Shown here: piece by piece, positions 12,106-23,027 of the stretch
How the letters are laid out: each line of letters opens with the position of its first letter
Position numbering within the stretch: the first letter of the stretch is position 1
DNA from: Macrostomum hystrix
Taxonomy: Eukaryota > Animalia > Platyhelminthes
Length of the DNA stretch: 64,000 bases
NCBI GenBank assembly: GCA_950097015.1
Contig: CATNEN010000003.1
Coordinates: forward strand, 10,416,001 to 10,480,000
Direction of reading: 5' to 3'
The notes under the pieces: generated by a model
The model's database searches: none
What the model saw: only the letters and a program-made list of their open reading frames with translations
Told to the model about the DNA's origin: nothing
Program-made: the position numbers and the translations under genes

Positions 12106-12601
12106 CCACTATCTCCCTGTCCACTATCTCCCTGTCCACTATCTCCCTGTCCACTATCTCCCTGTCCACTATCTCCCTGTCCACTATCTCCCTGTCCACT
12201 ATCTCCCTGTCCACTATCTCCCTGTCCACTATCTCCCTGTCCACTATCTCCCTGTCCACTATCTCCCTGTCCACTATCTCCCTGTCCACTATCTCCCTGT
12301 CCACTATCTCCCTGTCCACTATCTCCCTGTCCACTATCTCCCTGTCCACTATCTCCCTGTCCACTATCTCCCTGTCCACTATCTCCCTGTCCACTATCTC
12401 CCTGTCCACTATCTCCCTGTCCACTATCTCCCTGTCCACTATCTCCCTGTCCACTATCTCCCTGTCCACTATCTCCCTGTCCACTATCTCCCTGTCCACT
12501 ATCTCCCTGTCCACTATCTCCCTGTCCACTATCTCCCTGTCCACTATCTCCCTGTCCACTATCTCCCTGTCCACTATCTCCCTGTCCACTATCTCCCTGT
12601 C
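12106..12601. repeat. Perfect 15-bp minisatellite CCACTATCTCCCTGT, 33 copies
   Basis: No variant units seen. Confidence 0.98.
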
Positions 12602-13416
12602 GTATAAAATAACTGATAACTCGCGTTTACTAAATAAATTACTATAAATAGTAATTGTTTTGTCTAAAAATTTTCTATGCTCTGTTTTTTGGATAGCTGA
12701 AGCAGATTTCATTAGGAGAAACTCTGACATGTATTAACTTGCTGTTAGAGAAAAAAAACAGAAGGCCAAAAATTCCTTTGAACTGCGAAAGATCAAACTC
12801 CGTCTGAAAAGCTCCCATTCCGATCCCACAAGGGTGCAATTTGATCGCCAAGGCATCTCGAAAAAATTTACAGAAGAAAATCGCAAGACATCTAATTGCA
12901 CCGCCTCTAGCAGCGGCATAGTGCTCAGACTCAATTCTAATTATTATTGCTTAAATTCCTCCCAGTTGAATTTTGATAAGCTCCTATATCATCCAGAGTG
13001 TTGACTCACTTATTAATAGGCCTTATGTTTAGAAGGCTTTGCATAGTCAGTAGTTGGAACTCCTCCGGAGCCTCTCAGAGCCTCGGGTAGTGAAATTGAC
13101 AGAAAAATGCACAGGGAAATAAATTCACGAATCGTACACAAGGAACATACAAAAACTATTTAGGATTATTCAGCAAGTGCTTGAGCCCTTATAATATCCG
13201 ATAATCAGTGTGTTATCGTGAGACCTTCTTTTATTTTCATAAACAACCCCACTTATTCCACCAAGCAATACTAGCCTTCCCTTTTTCCCATAGATTATCT
13301 GTACTCAGCTCAACCAAATAAAGCCGACCACGGGGGCCAAGGCTCCCATTCTTAACCCCGCTAGCCGAAACACAAATTCATCGCCTTAGCTTAATTTGTT
13401 GTGGTTGAGAGCCACA

Positions 13417-14196
13417 GGATCAGAGGGGAGAGGATCAGAAGGGAGAGGATCAGAGGGGAGAGGATCGGAAGGGTGAGGATCAGAAGGGTGAGGATCAGAG
13501 GGGTGAGGATCAGAAGGGAGAGGATCAGAAAGGTGAGGATCAGAAGGGAGAGGATCAGTGGGGAGAGGATCAGAAGGGAGAGGATCAGAAGAGTGAGGAT
13601 CAGAAGGGAGAGGATCAGAGGGGAGAGGATCGGAAGGGTGAGGATCAGAAGGGTGAGGATCAGAGGGGTGAGGATCAGAAGGGAGAGGATCAGAAAGGTG
13701 AGGATCAGAAGGGAGAGGATCAGAAGGGAGAGGATCGGAAGGGAGAGGATCAGAGGGGAGAGGATCAGAAGGGAGAGGATCAGAAGGGAGAGGATCAGAA
13801 GAGTGAGGATCAGAAGGGAGAGGATCAGAGGGGAGAGGATCGGAAGGGAGAGGATCAGAAGGGTGAGGATCAGAGGGGTGAGGATTAGAAGGGAGAGGAT
13901 CAGAAAGGTGAGGATCAGAAGGGAGAGGATCAGAAGGGAGAGGATCGGAAGGGAGAGGATCAGAGGGGAGAGGATCAGAAGGGAGAGGATCAGAAAGGTG
14001 AGGATCAGAGGGGAGAGGATCAGAAGGGAGAGGATCAGAAAGGTGAGGATCAGAGGGGAGAGGATCAGAAGGGAGAGGATCAGAAGGGAGAGGATCAGAA
14101 GGGTGAGAATCAGAGGGGAGAGGATCAGAAGGGAGAGGATCAGAAGGGAGAGGATCAGAAGGGTGAGGATCAGAGGGGAGAGGATCAGAAGGGAGA
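13417..14196. repeat. 15-bp purine-rich minisatellite GAGGATCAGAAGGG[A/T]
   Basis: Tandem units with interspersed variants. Confidence 0.96.
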
Positions 14197-14813
14197 GGAG
14201 AGGAGAGCAGACAATGATTTCTATGCAGCCAATTATTCCAGGTCGTTTTAATTGATATATTGAATGTAAAATCGGTAAAGGTTAAGTGCGTTTCCGCAAA
14301 AACTGAATAAACAATTAAACTAATTAATAAAATTTGATTATGAAATACCTTGGCATCGACAGCTTCAAATTACGAGAAAAAACTCAAATTCCGGCTCCTC
14401 AAATGCCTAAAATCCTAAAACTACTGTTTAAATAAAAAATTAATCTTTAGGAGTGCACAACTCATATGAAACATGTTCATAAGTAGCAAAGCAGACCACG
14501 ATCAACTCAAGTTGATTTTTGGGTGAAAAATAGAGTTTTAGATCACTGATGATGTGCCAGATGATGTGATGATTCGAAAATCGAAAAAGTAGAATGTATC
14601 ACTTTTTTCATTTGTTAATTTATTAATATAAAAACTTGCTTTTCCAGTCAATCAAATATTAAAACAAAAAGCAACTAAACTGATTCGCAGACATTTCGAA
14701 GACAATTAGTCAGCTAAAAAATGTTCCGTTGGGATGCACTTTTAGAATAAATAAGTTTAAAGTGCTTGGTGATGCCCTGAGCTACTCTGAGAGGAATTAG
14801 AGGGTTCGAAAAT

Positions 14814-15375
14814 TGAGATCTACCAAGAGACCCTGAGATCTACTAGGAGACCTGAGATCTACTAGGAGACCCTGAGATCTATTAGGAGACCCTGAGATCT
14901 ACTAGCAGACCCTGAGATCTATTAGGAGACCCTGAGATCTACTAGGAGAGCCTGAGATCTATTAGGAGACCCTGAGATCTATTTGTAGGCCCTGAGATCT
15001 ATTTGGAGACCCTGAGATCTATTTGGAGGCCCTGAGATCTATTTGTAGGCCCTGAGATCTATTAGGAGACCCTGAGATCTATATTTGTAGGCCCTGAGAT
15101 CTATTAGGAGACCCTGAGATCTATTTGGAGACCCTGAGATCTATTTGGAGGCCCTGAGATCTATTAGGAGACCCTGAGATCTATTTGTAGGCCCTGAGAT
15201 CTATTAGGAGACCCTGAGATCTATTTGGAGGCCCTGAGATCTATTTGGAGGCCCTGAGATCTATTAGGAGACCCTGAGATCTATTTGGAGGCCCTGAGAT
15301 CTATTAGGAGACCCTGAGATCTATTTGTAGGCCCTGAGGTCTATTTGGAGACCCTGAGATCTATTAGGAGACCCT
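14814..15375. repeat. 20-bp minisatellite CCTGAGATCTATTAGGAGAC
   Basis: Tandem units, nearly all with AGATCT. Confidence 0.95.
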
Positions 15376-16003
15376 TAGTGAGATGAATCAATAGACTTTA
15401 GATTTTAGATATCAGGTATTTAATACATCTGGGTAACAATGGACTTAGCTCAGAAATTGTTTGTGTAGCGAAAGATTTTTTATTGCGATTGTAAAAGTAC
15501 ATTGATTAAACTCAGCCGTCTCTGCTATGCTGCTGCATTTCTGAAAGCATCCGGGTATTTCTGCTTTTAACTCCGCGATTCATTGGGATTGGTAACTGCT
15601 AATGCGATTTCTCACACCAACTACCAATATAGCCTGATGCTTATTCAATGCAGCAGCATTTTGAGTGACACTTCCGTTTGGGTAGAGCTGAAGGACTTCC
15701 TTTATTATGACGCTTCTAGGTGAAGGTCGTAAAAGGAATAAAGAAGAATTTAGTTATTCAAGTTTTTATGCAGCTCCTTTTGGGTAATTATCGCATTTTA
15801 TCTGGTCGATTAATGATGGGGACTTTTCTAGAAATAATTTGTGGCCTCGTTTTGGGAAATTGTTGCTCAATTGATTCTCGGAAACTGAGTCGATTTGTAT
15901 TGGATAAAAGAAAAATCAAGAACACCTGGGTGTTTGAAACATGTTTGAAATCTAGAAATATTAAAACACTCGCGAAAATCACAAATCGTCTAACAGTTTT
16001 TCT

Positions 16004-16384
16004 TGGGGGAGGGGTCAGTGGCAGAGCGGTTATCGCGTTTGCCTCTCGCACCAAGGTCCCTGAGCTCGATTCCTCGGCGAGGCCACATTCATTTGGGGCG
16101 CAGCCGCGGAGAGAAGGCTTGGGGGCTTGTCGTGCAATTGACGCCCTTGAGGGCCAACCTCCAAGGCACAGTGAGAGTGTACACTGCCTGACGATGAGAA
16201 AGTCAGGGCAGATGTACACACCTGTGTGAGCGTGAGCCTGCGTACAGTATCTGTGTGCGTGTGTGCTCAGGAGTCAGCGAAATGGGCAGAATTGCCACCT
16301 CGCTGGCTGCGGGTCTAGTGTCACCAAACGATGTGCCATTGCCCGTAGCTCTCCTGCAATAATAATAATTATTATTATTATTAA
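16004..16384 (+). mobile_element. Full-length tRNA-derived SINE (family A) with 13-bp target-site duplication
   Basis: A-box TGGCAGAGCGG, B-box-like GCTCGATTCC and an (AAT)n/(ATT)n tail. Identical TAACAGTTTTTCT at 15991-16003 and 16385-16397. Second copy at 32300-32484. Confidence 0.9.
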
Positions 16385-16772
16385 TAACAGTTTTTCTAAA
16401 GTTGTGTGGCTTGTTGAAAAAAGCGAAAAGCTTTTAATAAAACTTACTCCAAGCAAATCCTATTCGAGTTTAAAGATTTGAGTGCACAGAATTGCAGCAA
16501 AATCAATACCAGACATAAAAACAATGCATTGCCATGTTTGGATGAAGAGGATAGGCATAGAAAGGCAACACTGATCTGTGCGTGCTCATCTTCATCTGGG
16601 ATGGGCCTACAGAGGATTCTAGCCAATCAAAGCGCGCCATCTTGCGAGGCTGCTGTCTGATAAAAAATCCTTCTGTAACTAGAATCAGTTCTCTTAAACC
16701 TATCCAGATTAATTTCCATCGTCAAGCTCGCAGACCAATTTCAAAACATCAAATTTAGCATCATAGACTAAA

Positions 16773-18245
16773 ATGGATAGAAACAACAGCAGCATTGGTT
16801 GCCTAGCAACCCTGACTCCCAGTAGCGTTGTAAATTCGGCCAATTTTCCCGTTCGCGTGCTAGTTGCGACCCTGCTAGCTTTGGTTGCTATGGAAACCTT
16901 GCTTGGCAACAGCCTAGTGATTGCGTCAGTGATTAGATTCCGTCGATTGCGCACCAGAAACTGTTTTCACCTGTTGGCCTCGCTGGCGTCGGCGGACATC
17001 GCCATAGCCTTGATTGTCATGCCCTGCTCGATCGTGCACATCCTACTGGACTGCTGGCCTCTTGGTGACTTTCTCTGCAAATTCTTTCAGGCCAGCGACA
17101 TCATGTGCTGCACAGCCAGCATCTTGCATTTGTGCCTTATCAGCCTAGACAGGTACATCGCTGTGACGCGACCGTTGCACTACCGCAGCCTAGTCCGGCC
17201 ACGGCGCATCTGGGCCACTGTGGCCCTGGTCTGGGCTGTCAGCATCGGCCTGAGCTTCGGTCCCGTCTACTCTGGCGCTGTCCAGGACACGGACATCGGC
17301 GGAGGCGCCGCAGCTGGGCAGTGCCATATGGTGCCAAGCAGGACCTACGCAGTGGTGTCAGCTTCGACGTCATTCTTTCTGCCGATGCTGGTGATGACGC
17401 TGGCTTACATCCGGGTTCATCGCATCGCTACGCGGCACACTTCCACAACCTGGCAGCGCAAGGCGGTGGGCCGTCAGTCCTGCTACGGCTCCTCGTCGTC
17501 AACGGCCACCGCGACGATAACGGCGGTGCAGGCGGTCATGACGCCGGCGAAAAAAGCCGGCTTTGGTGGCGGCACCGCGGCTGCCGCAGCAGCGGCCGTG
17601 AGGGTGACCCGGCACATCACCAGCGAAACCAAGGCTACGAAAACTCTCGGCCTAATTCTCGGCTGCTTCTACGTCTGCTGGTTTCCCTTCTTCATCATGT
17701 ACACCGGCTGTCCATTCACAGCTGACCAGTGCCACGGCCTGCCATTCTGGCTAGTGGCCGTCATCACATGGATCGGCTACGCCAACTCAGGCGTCAATCC
17801 CATTCTCTACTGTTCGAATCAGCGCGAGTTTCGCCTGGCTTACCTGCGCATCCTTGGCTGCTCGCGGGGCGGCTCCGGCCGACGACGCGACGTAGCCAGG
17901 AAGAATAGCAACCCCGCCGCCGGAGCTGCCACAGCCGCCGCCTCGGCAGCCGCGGCAGCAGCCAACGCTGCAACCCCTGGCGCTGCCGCGTCGTCCTCGG
18001 CGACAGCCGGAGGAGCGTCTCGACTAGCCGACCGCTGGTGCCTCGGCGCCAGTCTGGTTAGAGGACGGCATCGTCATAGAGAGGAGAATTTGAACAGCAG
18101 CTTGAATAACAGCCACCTGCACTTGTGCAGCAGCTGCAATGCGAACAACCTCAGCTGCATTGACCGGCACAGCAATCTTGCTGGATCTGCCGAGCTAATC
18201 GAACTGTGCCCACTGAATCATCGGAGTATGGACTATTCCGGTTGA
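16773..18245 (+). CDS. Intronless class A biogenic amine GPCR (octopamine/tyramine/adrenergic-like), 490 aa
   Basis: Seven TM segments with GN (TM1), LASAD (TM2), DIMCCTASILHLCLISLDRY (D3.32, DRY), SASTSFFLP (TM5), KATKTL..CWFPFF (TM6) and WIGYANSGVNPILY (TM7). N-glycosylation sequon in NNSS. AATAAA at ~18479. Confidence 0.95.
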   Translation: MDRNNSSIGCLATLTPSSVVNSANFPVRVLVATLLALVAMETLLGNSLVIASVIRFRRLRTRNCFHLLASLASADIAIALIVMPCSIVHILLDCWPLGDFLCKFFQASDIMCCTASILHLCLISLDRYIAVTRPLHYRSLVRPRRIWATVALVWAVSIGLSFGPVYSGAVQDTDIGGGAAAGQCHMVPSRTYAVVSASTSFFLPMLVMTLAYIRVHRIATRHTSTTWQRKAVGRQSCYGSSSSTATATITAVQAVMTPAKKAGFGGGTAAAAAAAVRVTRHITSETKATKTLGLILGCFYVCWFPFFIMYTGCPFTADQCHGLPFWLVAVITWIGYANSGVNPILYCSNQREFRLAYLRILGCSRGGSGRRRDVARKNSNPAAGAATAAASAAAAAANAATPGAAASSSATAGGASRLADRWCLGASLVRGRHRHREENLNSSLNNSHLHLCSSCNANNLSCIDRHSNLAGSAELIELCPLNHRSMDYSG

Positions 18246-18524
18246 CTGTTTGAGCTCTACTTCAAACAATGATGAATAGATGACATGACAAATTACACTA
18301 TGACGATGGCAAACGTGTTTCTGTTCGATGTTGTCAAGTTTCATTGATAAAAAAACGCTAATTCTAGGAACCACAAACTAAGATAAGTAGCCAATTCATT
18401 TTTCTCTGCAACTGTATAACAAGTAATACAATGTTTATTGACTTTCACTCGTATTTGCCAATTTTTTTATATGTGGTCAATAAACCCGAGTTTACAGAAG
18501 AAATTTACTCCCATCCGCGGTACT

Positions 18525-19447
18525 TAACACCCTATCTACTGAACTATAAACCCCACCAACTGTAGTTTACACCCCATCTACAGTAGTTTACACCCCATCT
18601 ACAGTAGATTACACCCCATCTACTGCAGTTTACACCCCATCTACTGTAGTTTACACCCCATCTACTGCAGTTTACACCCTATCTACTGTAGTTTACACCC
18701 TATCTACAGTAGTTTACACCCCATCCACAGTAGATTACACCCCATCAACTGCAGTTTACACCCCATCTACAGTAGATTACACCCCATCAACTGTAGTTTA
18801 CACCCCATCTACTGCAGTTTACACCCTATCTACTGTAGTTTACACCCTATCTACTGTAGTTTACACCCTATCTACTGTAGTTTACACCCCATCAACTGTA
18901 GTTTACACCCTATCTACTGTAGTTTACACCCTATCTACTGTAGTTTATACCCTATCTACTGTAGTTTATACCCTATCTACTGTAGTTTACACCCCATCAA
19001 CCGTAGTTTACACCCCATCAACTGCAGTTTACACCCCATCTACTGTAGTGTTCACCCTATCTACAGTAGTTTACACCCAATCTACTGTAGTTTACACCCC
19101 ATCTACAGTAGTTTACACCCAATCTAATGTATGTAGTTTACACCCCATCAACTGTAGTTTTCACCCTATACGAGTATATTGTATTTGACACTGTCGTTTA
19201 CACTGTAGTTTACACCATCTACTGTCGTTTACACCCTATCTATTGTAGCTTACACCCTATATATTGTATTTGACACCCTATATATTGTATTTTATACCCT
19301 ATTTACTGCAGTTTACACCCTATCTACTGTAGTTTACACCCCATCTACTGTAGTTTACACCCTATCTACTGTAGTTTACACCCTATCTACTGTAGTTTAC
19401 ACCCCATCAACTGTAGTTTACACCCCATCTTTGTTAGTTTACACACC
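18525..19447. repeat. 21-bp minisatellite ACTGTAGTTTACACCC[C/T]ATCT
   Basis: Tandem units, with a degenerate patch at ~19160-19310. Confidence 0.94.
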
Positions 19448-19836
19448 GCTGTCAAATAATTGCTTATTTTTCGCGTTCTTAAGTCAGTTTTTTACTTCTA
19501 TTTTATGGCGTTAAAAATCGGTTGCAAATCTTGCATGTCAATGAAGTATGAAACTATGCGTATTGAGAATTGGGCCAGATAATATTTGTAGATTTTCAAC
19601 TAATAAATAAAATAAAATTCAAGGCGTTTTCAATAAAAAATTAACCTAGAGTGTAATTGCCTATTATCAGTTACTATTCTATCCGCATTCAGGGTTCTGA
19701 AGCTAACTGTGCGTAGTTATGCTAAGGGTATTTTTGTAAATGAAAATTTCCATTTATAGTCTATTTTTTATAAGTGCTCAAAAATGAAATCTACGAGTAA
19801 TTTCTAAATGAAACAAATTGAGTGCATTTACGTCAT

Positions 19837-20027
19837 CGAGGTCCGGGTTTCGATTCCTGACTCTACTGCCAGCATCAGCTGGGGTAACTAAGGGTGGGTG
19901 TGGCGACCCCCCAGTCCATGGACTGAACAGCCGTTACGCAGCTTTCAGATGCGCCGCGCAATAGCTGCTGCTGTGCTGTCGGCTGCACATCTGGCCCAAT
20001 GTGGACAGGTTTTGTAAACTATTATTC
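19837..20027 (+). mobile_element. SINE family B copy (5'-eroded, internally deleted)
   Basis: B-box-like GGTTTCGATTCC. The 3' body AGCTGGGGTAA..GGGTGGGTGTGGCG..CAGTCCATGGACTGAACAGCCG..CAGATGCGCCGCGCAATAGCTGC is nearly identical to 44350-44470. Confidence 0.85.
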
Positions 20028-20051
20028 AATTTTCTAATACATTACATCTTA

Positions 20052-20519
20052 TTAAAGGATAGTGAATTAATTGTGTTTCGACAAAGCCTTCAAAGCCAGA
20101 TCTAGTTTGATTAAAACAGAAAAACGCGTTTCGCAAAGAGAAAAAAAGACTAATACAAGTATAATATACTTTCTTCGCATCGCCAGCTAGTGTCGTATAA
20201 GTAGAAATTTCGCAGCAAAAATACAATTTTCATCAAGTCTACTTTCATCTACTTCACGATAGCAAAGGGATGTATGGAATATATGGGATAAACAAGGACT
20301 ATCCTATAGTGTAATAAAAGCTTGCTTTGCCCATAATGTAGCGGCAGCTGTTCTTATCAAAAATAGTTTTTTTTTACAAAAGGCAAGTAGATTTAGAAGA
20401 TTAGTTTTCCCCAACTACAGTTCTGTTCGAATAAATTTGCCGCCAATTTTAAGTACGAAGCGGGAAATCTAGTGTTACACCCACGCAAAGCTTCGTACGT
20501 AATTCGCAATGTACTTTAA
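20052..20519. mobile_element. Possible decayed TTAA-flanked (Kolobok/piggyBac-type) MITE
   Basis: Starts TTAAAGGATAGTGAATTA; the reverse complement of the end reads TTAAAGTACATTGCGAATTA. Imperfect match, single copy. Confidence 0.25.
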
Positions 20520-20994
20520 CTAGATTTTTTATAGAAAATAGCCGTATCTTAGTTGAGAGACAACAAGCTTGGATAATCATGTTAGGCAAAATCCCGTCTC
20601 CAAGTAATGTGTTCCCTCTCTCTCCGTGGCCTAACCAATTTGAGATTCCGTAAAGACAACAGACAAAAATGTCAACGCGAAGTTTCCTTCTTTACTTAAA
20701 GTAAAACTTTACTTTACCATCATCTCAAGCAATAGGCAACATCTTTCTAGCAAGAGATTAACAGTAGAATGACACTGCCTACTTCACGACAACCCGAATG
20801 ACCGATTTTCGTGAAAGTCCACCACCAAATGGATCAACTTTTTCCACCATTTATGATGATCGAATTTTTGAAGCCGTGTTTTGTGATTCTGGAAGTTATT
20901 TATTATTGAACAACTTCTGAAAACCTAAATGAATAAGAAAGCGTTTTTGGATTAGAAAGTCCGAGGCTGCATTTGATGGTCTCGAGGCGAGCGA

Positions 20995-21775
20995 AGCGAG
21001 GCCACTCTCTGGGAGCGAGGAGTTCTTGGAAAGAGTACACCGCAGACGCGTTAATATTTTACAGTGATATTTTTAATTGGTAAGGTTTTTGGACTTGGTG
21101 GAGGACGCGAAATTTATCTCCTAAAGTATAACAACAAATCCAACTGGCGACATAGGGAGAAGACGAGATTCTGACGTATGCCGAAACCACGGTGTCCAAA
21201 ACACGACCGTGTGGCCTTAAGACCTTCAATAGGCCTTATCAAGCGTAACACGGAGTATCATACACCAGGACACAATCGCTGTCTTGTTTGCTTGTACAAG
21301 CGCTACGTCAGCCTCCGCCCGGTCGAATGCACAAAGCCGCAACTCTTTTTTGGCCTGGTACCGGAATCCTGCATCTATTCGAGCTGCATGGGAAGTGGTA
21401 TCAAAAGCAGGCACTAGGACGCCACACTATCGATTCAGTTGTGCACCCTGTCACGGTGAGTCTGCCGGAGCCAACAAGTGGGAAGTACAGCAATCAGTCG
21501 CTCCAGGAAGACTTTCGCCACAATGCTGCGTGACGAGGGCATGTACAGGCCCGAAATCGCGAAAATTACTGGACACAATTCAGCTGCCATAGAACGATAC
21601 ATCGGTCCGTCTGCAAAGATTCGCTTCTAATGTTTTACAGGGTACGTCTCCTGTAGCTGAGGCTAATCCAGGCATGCATGTAAGTGAGCCTGTCACTTCT
21701 GGAGATTCCAGCGCTTCTATTGCTGACCACTGTGTCAAGTCTATCATAATAGATCGAGCTAAAATCGAAGTATAG
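20995..21775 (+). mobile_element. Frameshifted Crypton-type (DUF3504-like) tyrosine recombinase pseudogene
   Basis: Joined across frames: LWERGVLGKSTPQT..TVIFLIGKVFGLGGGRE / ILTYAETTVSKTRPCGLK / NRCLVCLYKRYVSLRP..LFF / KWYQKQALGRHTI..GKYSNQSL / RKTFATMLRDEG..EIAKITGHNSAAIERY / ASNVLQG. These blocks are colinear with the Crypton YR catalytic domain. Homology may begin near 20670. Confidence 0.85.
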
Positions 21776-21776
21776 A

Positions 21777-21902
21777 ATAATACCCCCCTGATTTCGTTTC
21801 TTTGGCCTAGGAAAGGCTGAGGACGCGTTTCTTGGCCGAGGCCCAGAAGCGCAGTCCGAAGCCGTTCCAAGGCCATAGACAACGATTTCAGGGGGGTATT
21901 AT
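21777..21902. repeat. 126-bp imperfect inverted repeat (foldback) at the 3' side of the Crypton ORF
   Basis: ATAATACCCCCCTGATTTCGTT...CTTGGCC-GA-GGCCCAG...AACGATTTCAGGGGGGTATTAT; arms ~62 bp, 2-nt spacer. Confidence 0.93.
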
Positions 21903-21966
21903 AGTATTTAATCCTAAAGCTTGGCCCGGCTCACGAGATTGCAAACCTAAAACTGTTTACAGCAAC

Positions 21967-21989
21967 TGTGACCATAGACTATGGTCACA
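21967..21989. repeat. Perfect 11-bp-arm palindrome TGTGACCATAG-A-CTATGGTCACA
   Basis: Read directly from the sequence. Confidence 0.9.
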
Positions 21990-22151
21990 TTTGACGACAG
22001 TCACGGCCTATGCCGATTAAATAATAAATGCACAGAATTATAGCCAATAGGCCGGGCCAAGCTGGGGATTAAATTCAGTTTAAGTGAGTTTGTGAACGTT
22101 TAATGCATTGCCTATTATTGAAAAAAAAGTATACATGTTTCCTATATAATC

Positions 22152-22594
22152 CAGTGGCGCAACCAGGTTTTGCCTTAGGGGGGCGGTCTTTGCGTACATT
22201 GCCCTTTGGGTACATTGCCCTTTGCGTACATTGCCCTTTGCGTACATTGCCCCGCGGGTCGAAGGGAGCGGCCGCCAGGTGGAGCGCGCTCTGTTTCGCG
22301 GTTTTCGCCCATCATTCCTGGGCCAATTCCAAGGGCCGGTAGGGTAGGGCCCAGACGATTTAAAAGGTTTAAAAAATCAGAACGCACGCACGATTATAAT
22401 GAAAGCTTGAAAATTAATATATGACCAATGGTCTTGGACTTGGTCTTTGGTCTATGTACGTTGGACTTGGGGGACAGGGAATGAGATAAGGTAATAATTA
22501 TTAAGAAGCGTCTTGGCTTGCCCTTTGCGTACATTGCCCCCGCGGGCCGAAGGGGGGGGCGGCCGCCACCCCCGCCCCCCTGGTTGCGCCACTG
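22152..22594. mobile_element. Non-autonomous hAT-superfamily DNA transposon (MITE), 443 bp
   Basis: Perfect 16-bp TIRs CAGTGGCGCAACCAGG / CCTGGTTGCGCCACTG. Identical 8-bp TSD ATATAATC at 22144-22151 and 22595-22602. Subterminal TTTGCGTACATTGCCC repeats. Confidence 0.93.
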
Positions 22595-23027
22595 ATATAA
22601 TCCTACCAATTGTGTATGGTTTAGCTAGAAAATTGTTGTTCTGTTGCTTCGTTATGCAGTATAAAATAACTGTTATTTTTTGTCGCATTCAAATGCACTG
22701 TTTACTTCTGTTTAGTCTATGGTTCAAACTGGTTTCATTTCGGAATGATTTTATGGTCCTGGAATTATAGCACTTTAAATAAACCAAAGACTAGGCCATC
22801 CTGGCTCAGAATGAGCCCTCAGATCCTATTATATAAAATTAAAAATATAAAATAATTAAAATCGACGAACCTCGAAAAATCTTTGGCTAGCGGCACATAG
22901 ACGTAACTAGTTTTCGTTTAAAAAAAACAATATTGTAAAACGCTGATTTGATTTCGACTGTCGATTTGACAAATTTTTTACTATGTCATTTTTTAAACGC
23001 AAATTTGATTTCCAAATAGCTGTGCGA

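Noticed and set aside
12076-14255. (PCPLS)n, (DREIV)n and Arg-rich protamine-like ORFs
   Set aside because: Products of 15-bp arrays whose unit lacks stops; no unique coding flanks.
16186-16204. CTGACGA..GAAA as a hammerhead ribozyme core (similar words at 14548, 21818, 58950)
   Set aside because: No room or complementarity for stems II and III; the SINE motif is better explained as a simple hairpin.
17105-17725. 206-aa alternative-frame ORF inside the GPCR
   Set aside because: Expected by-product of GC-rich codon usage; no motif.
21178-21882. Several short overlapping ORFs as independent genes
   Set aside because: They are frame fragments, or antisense shadows, of the broken Crypton recombinase.
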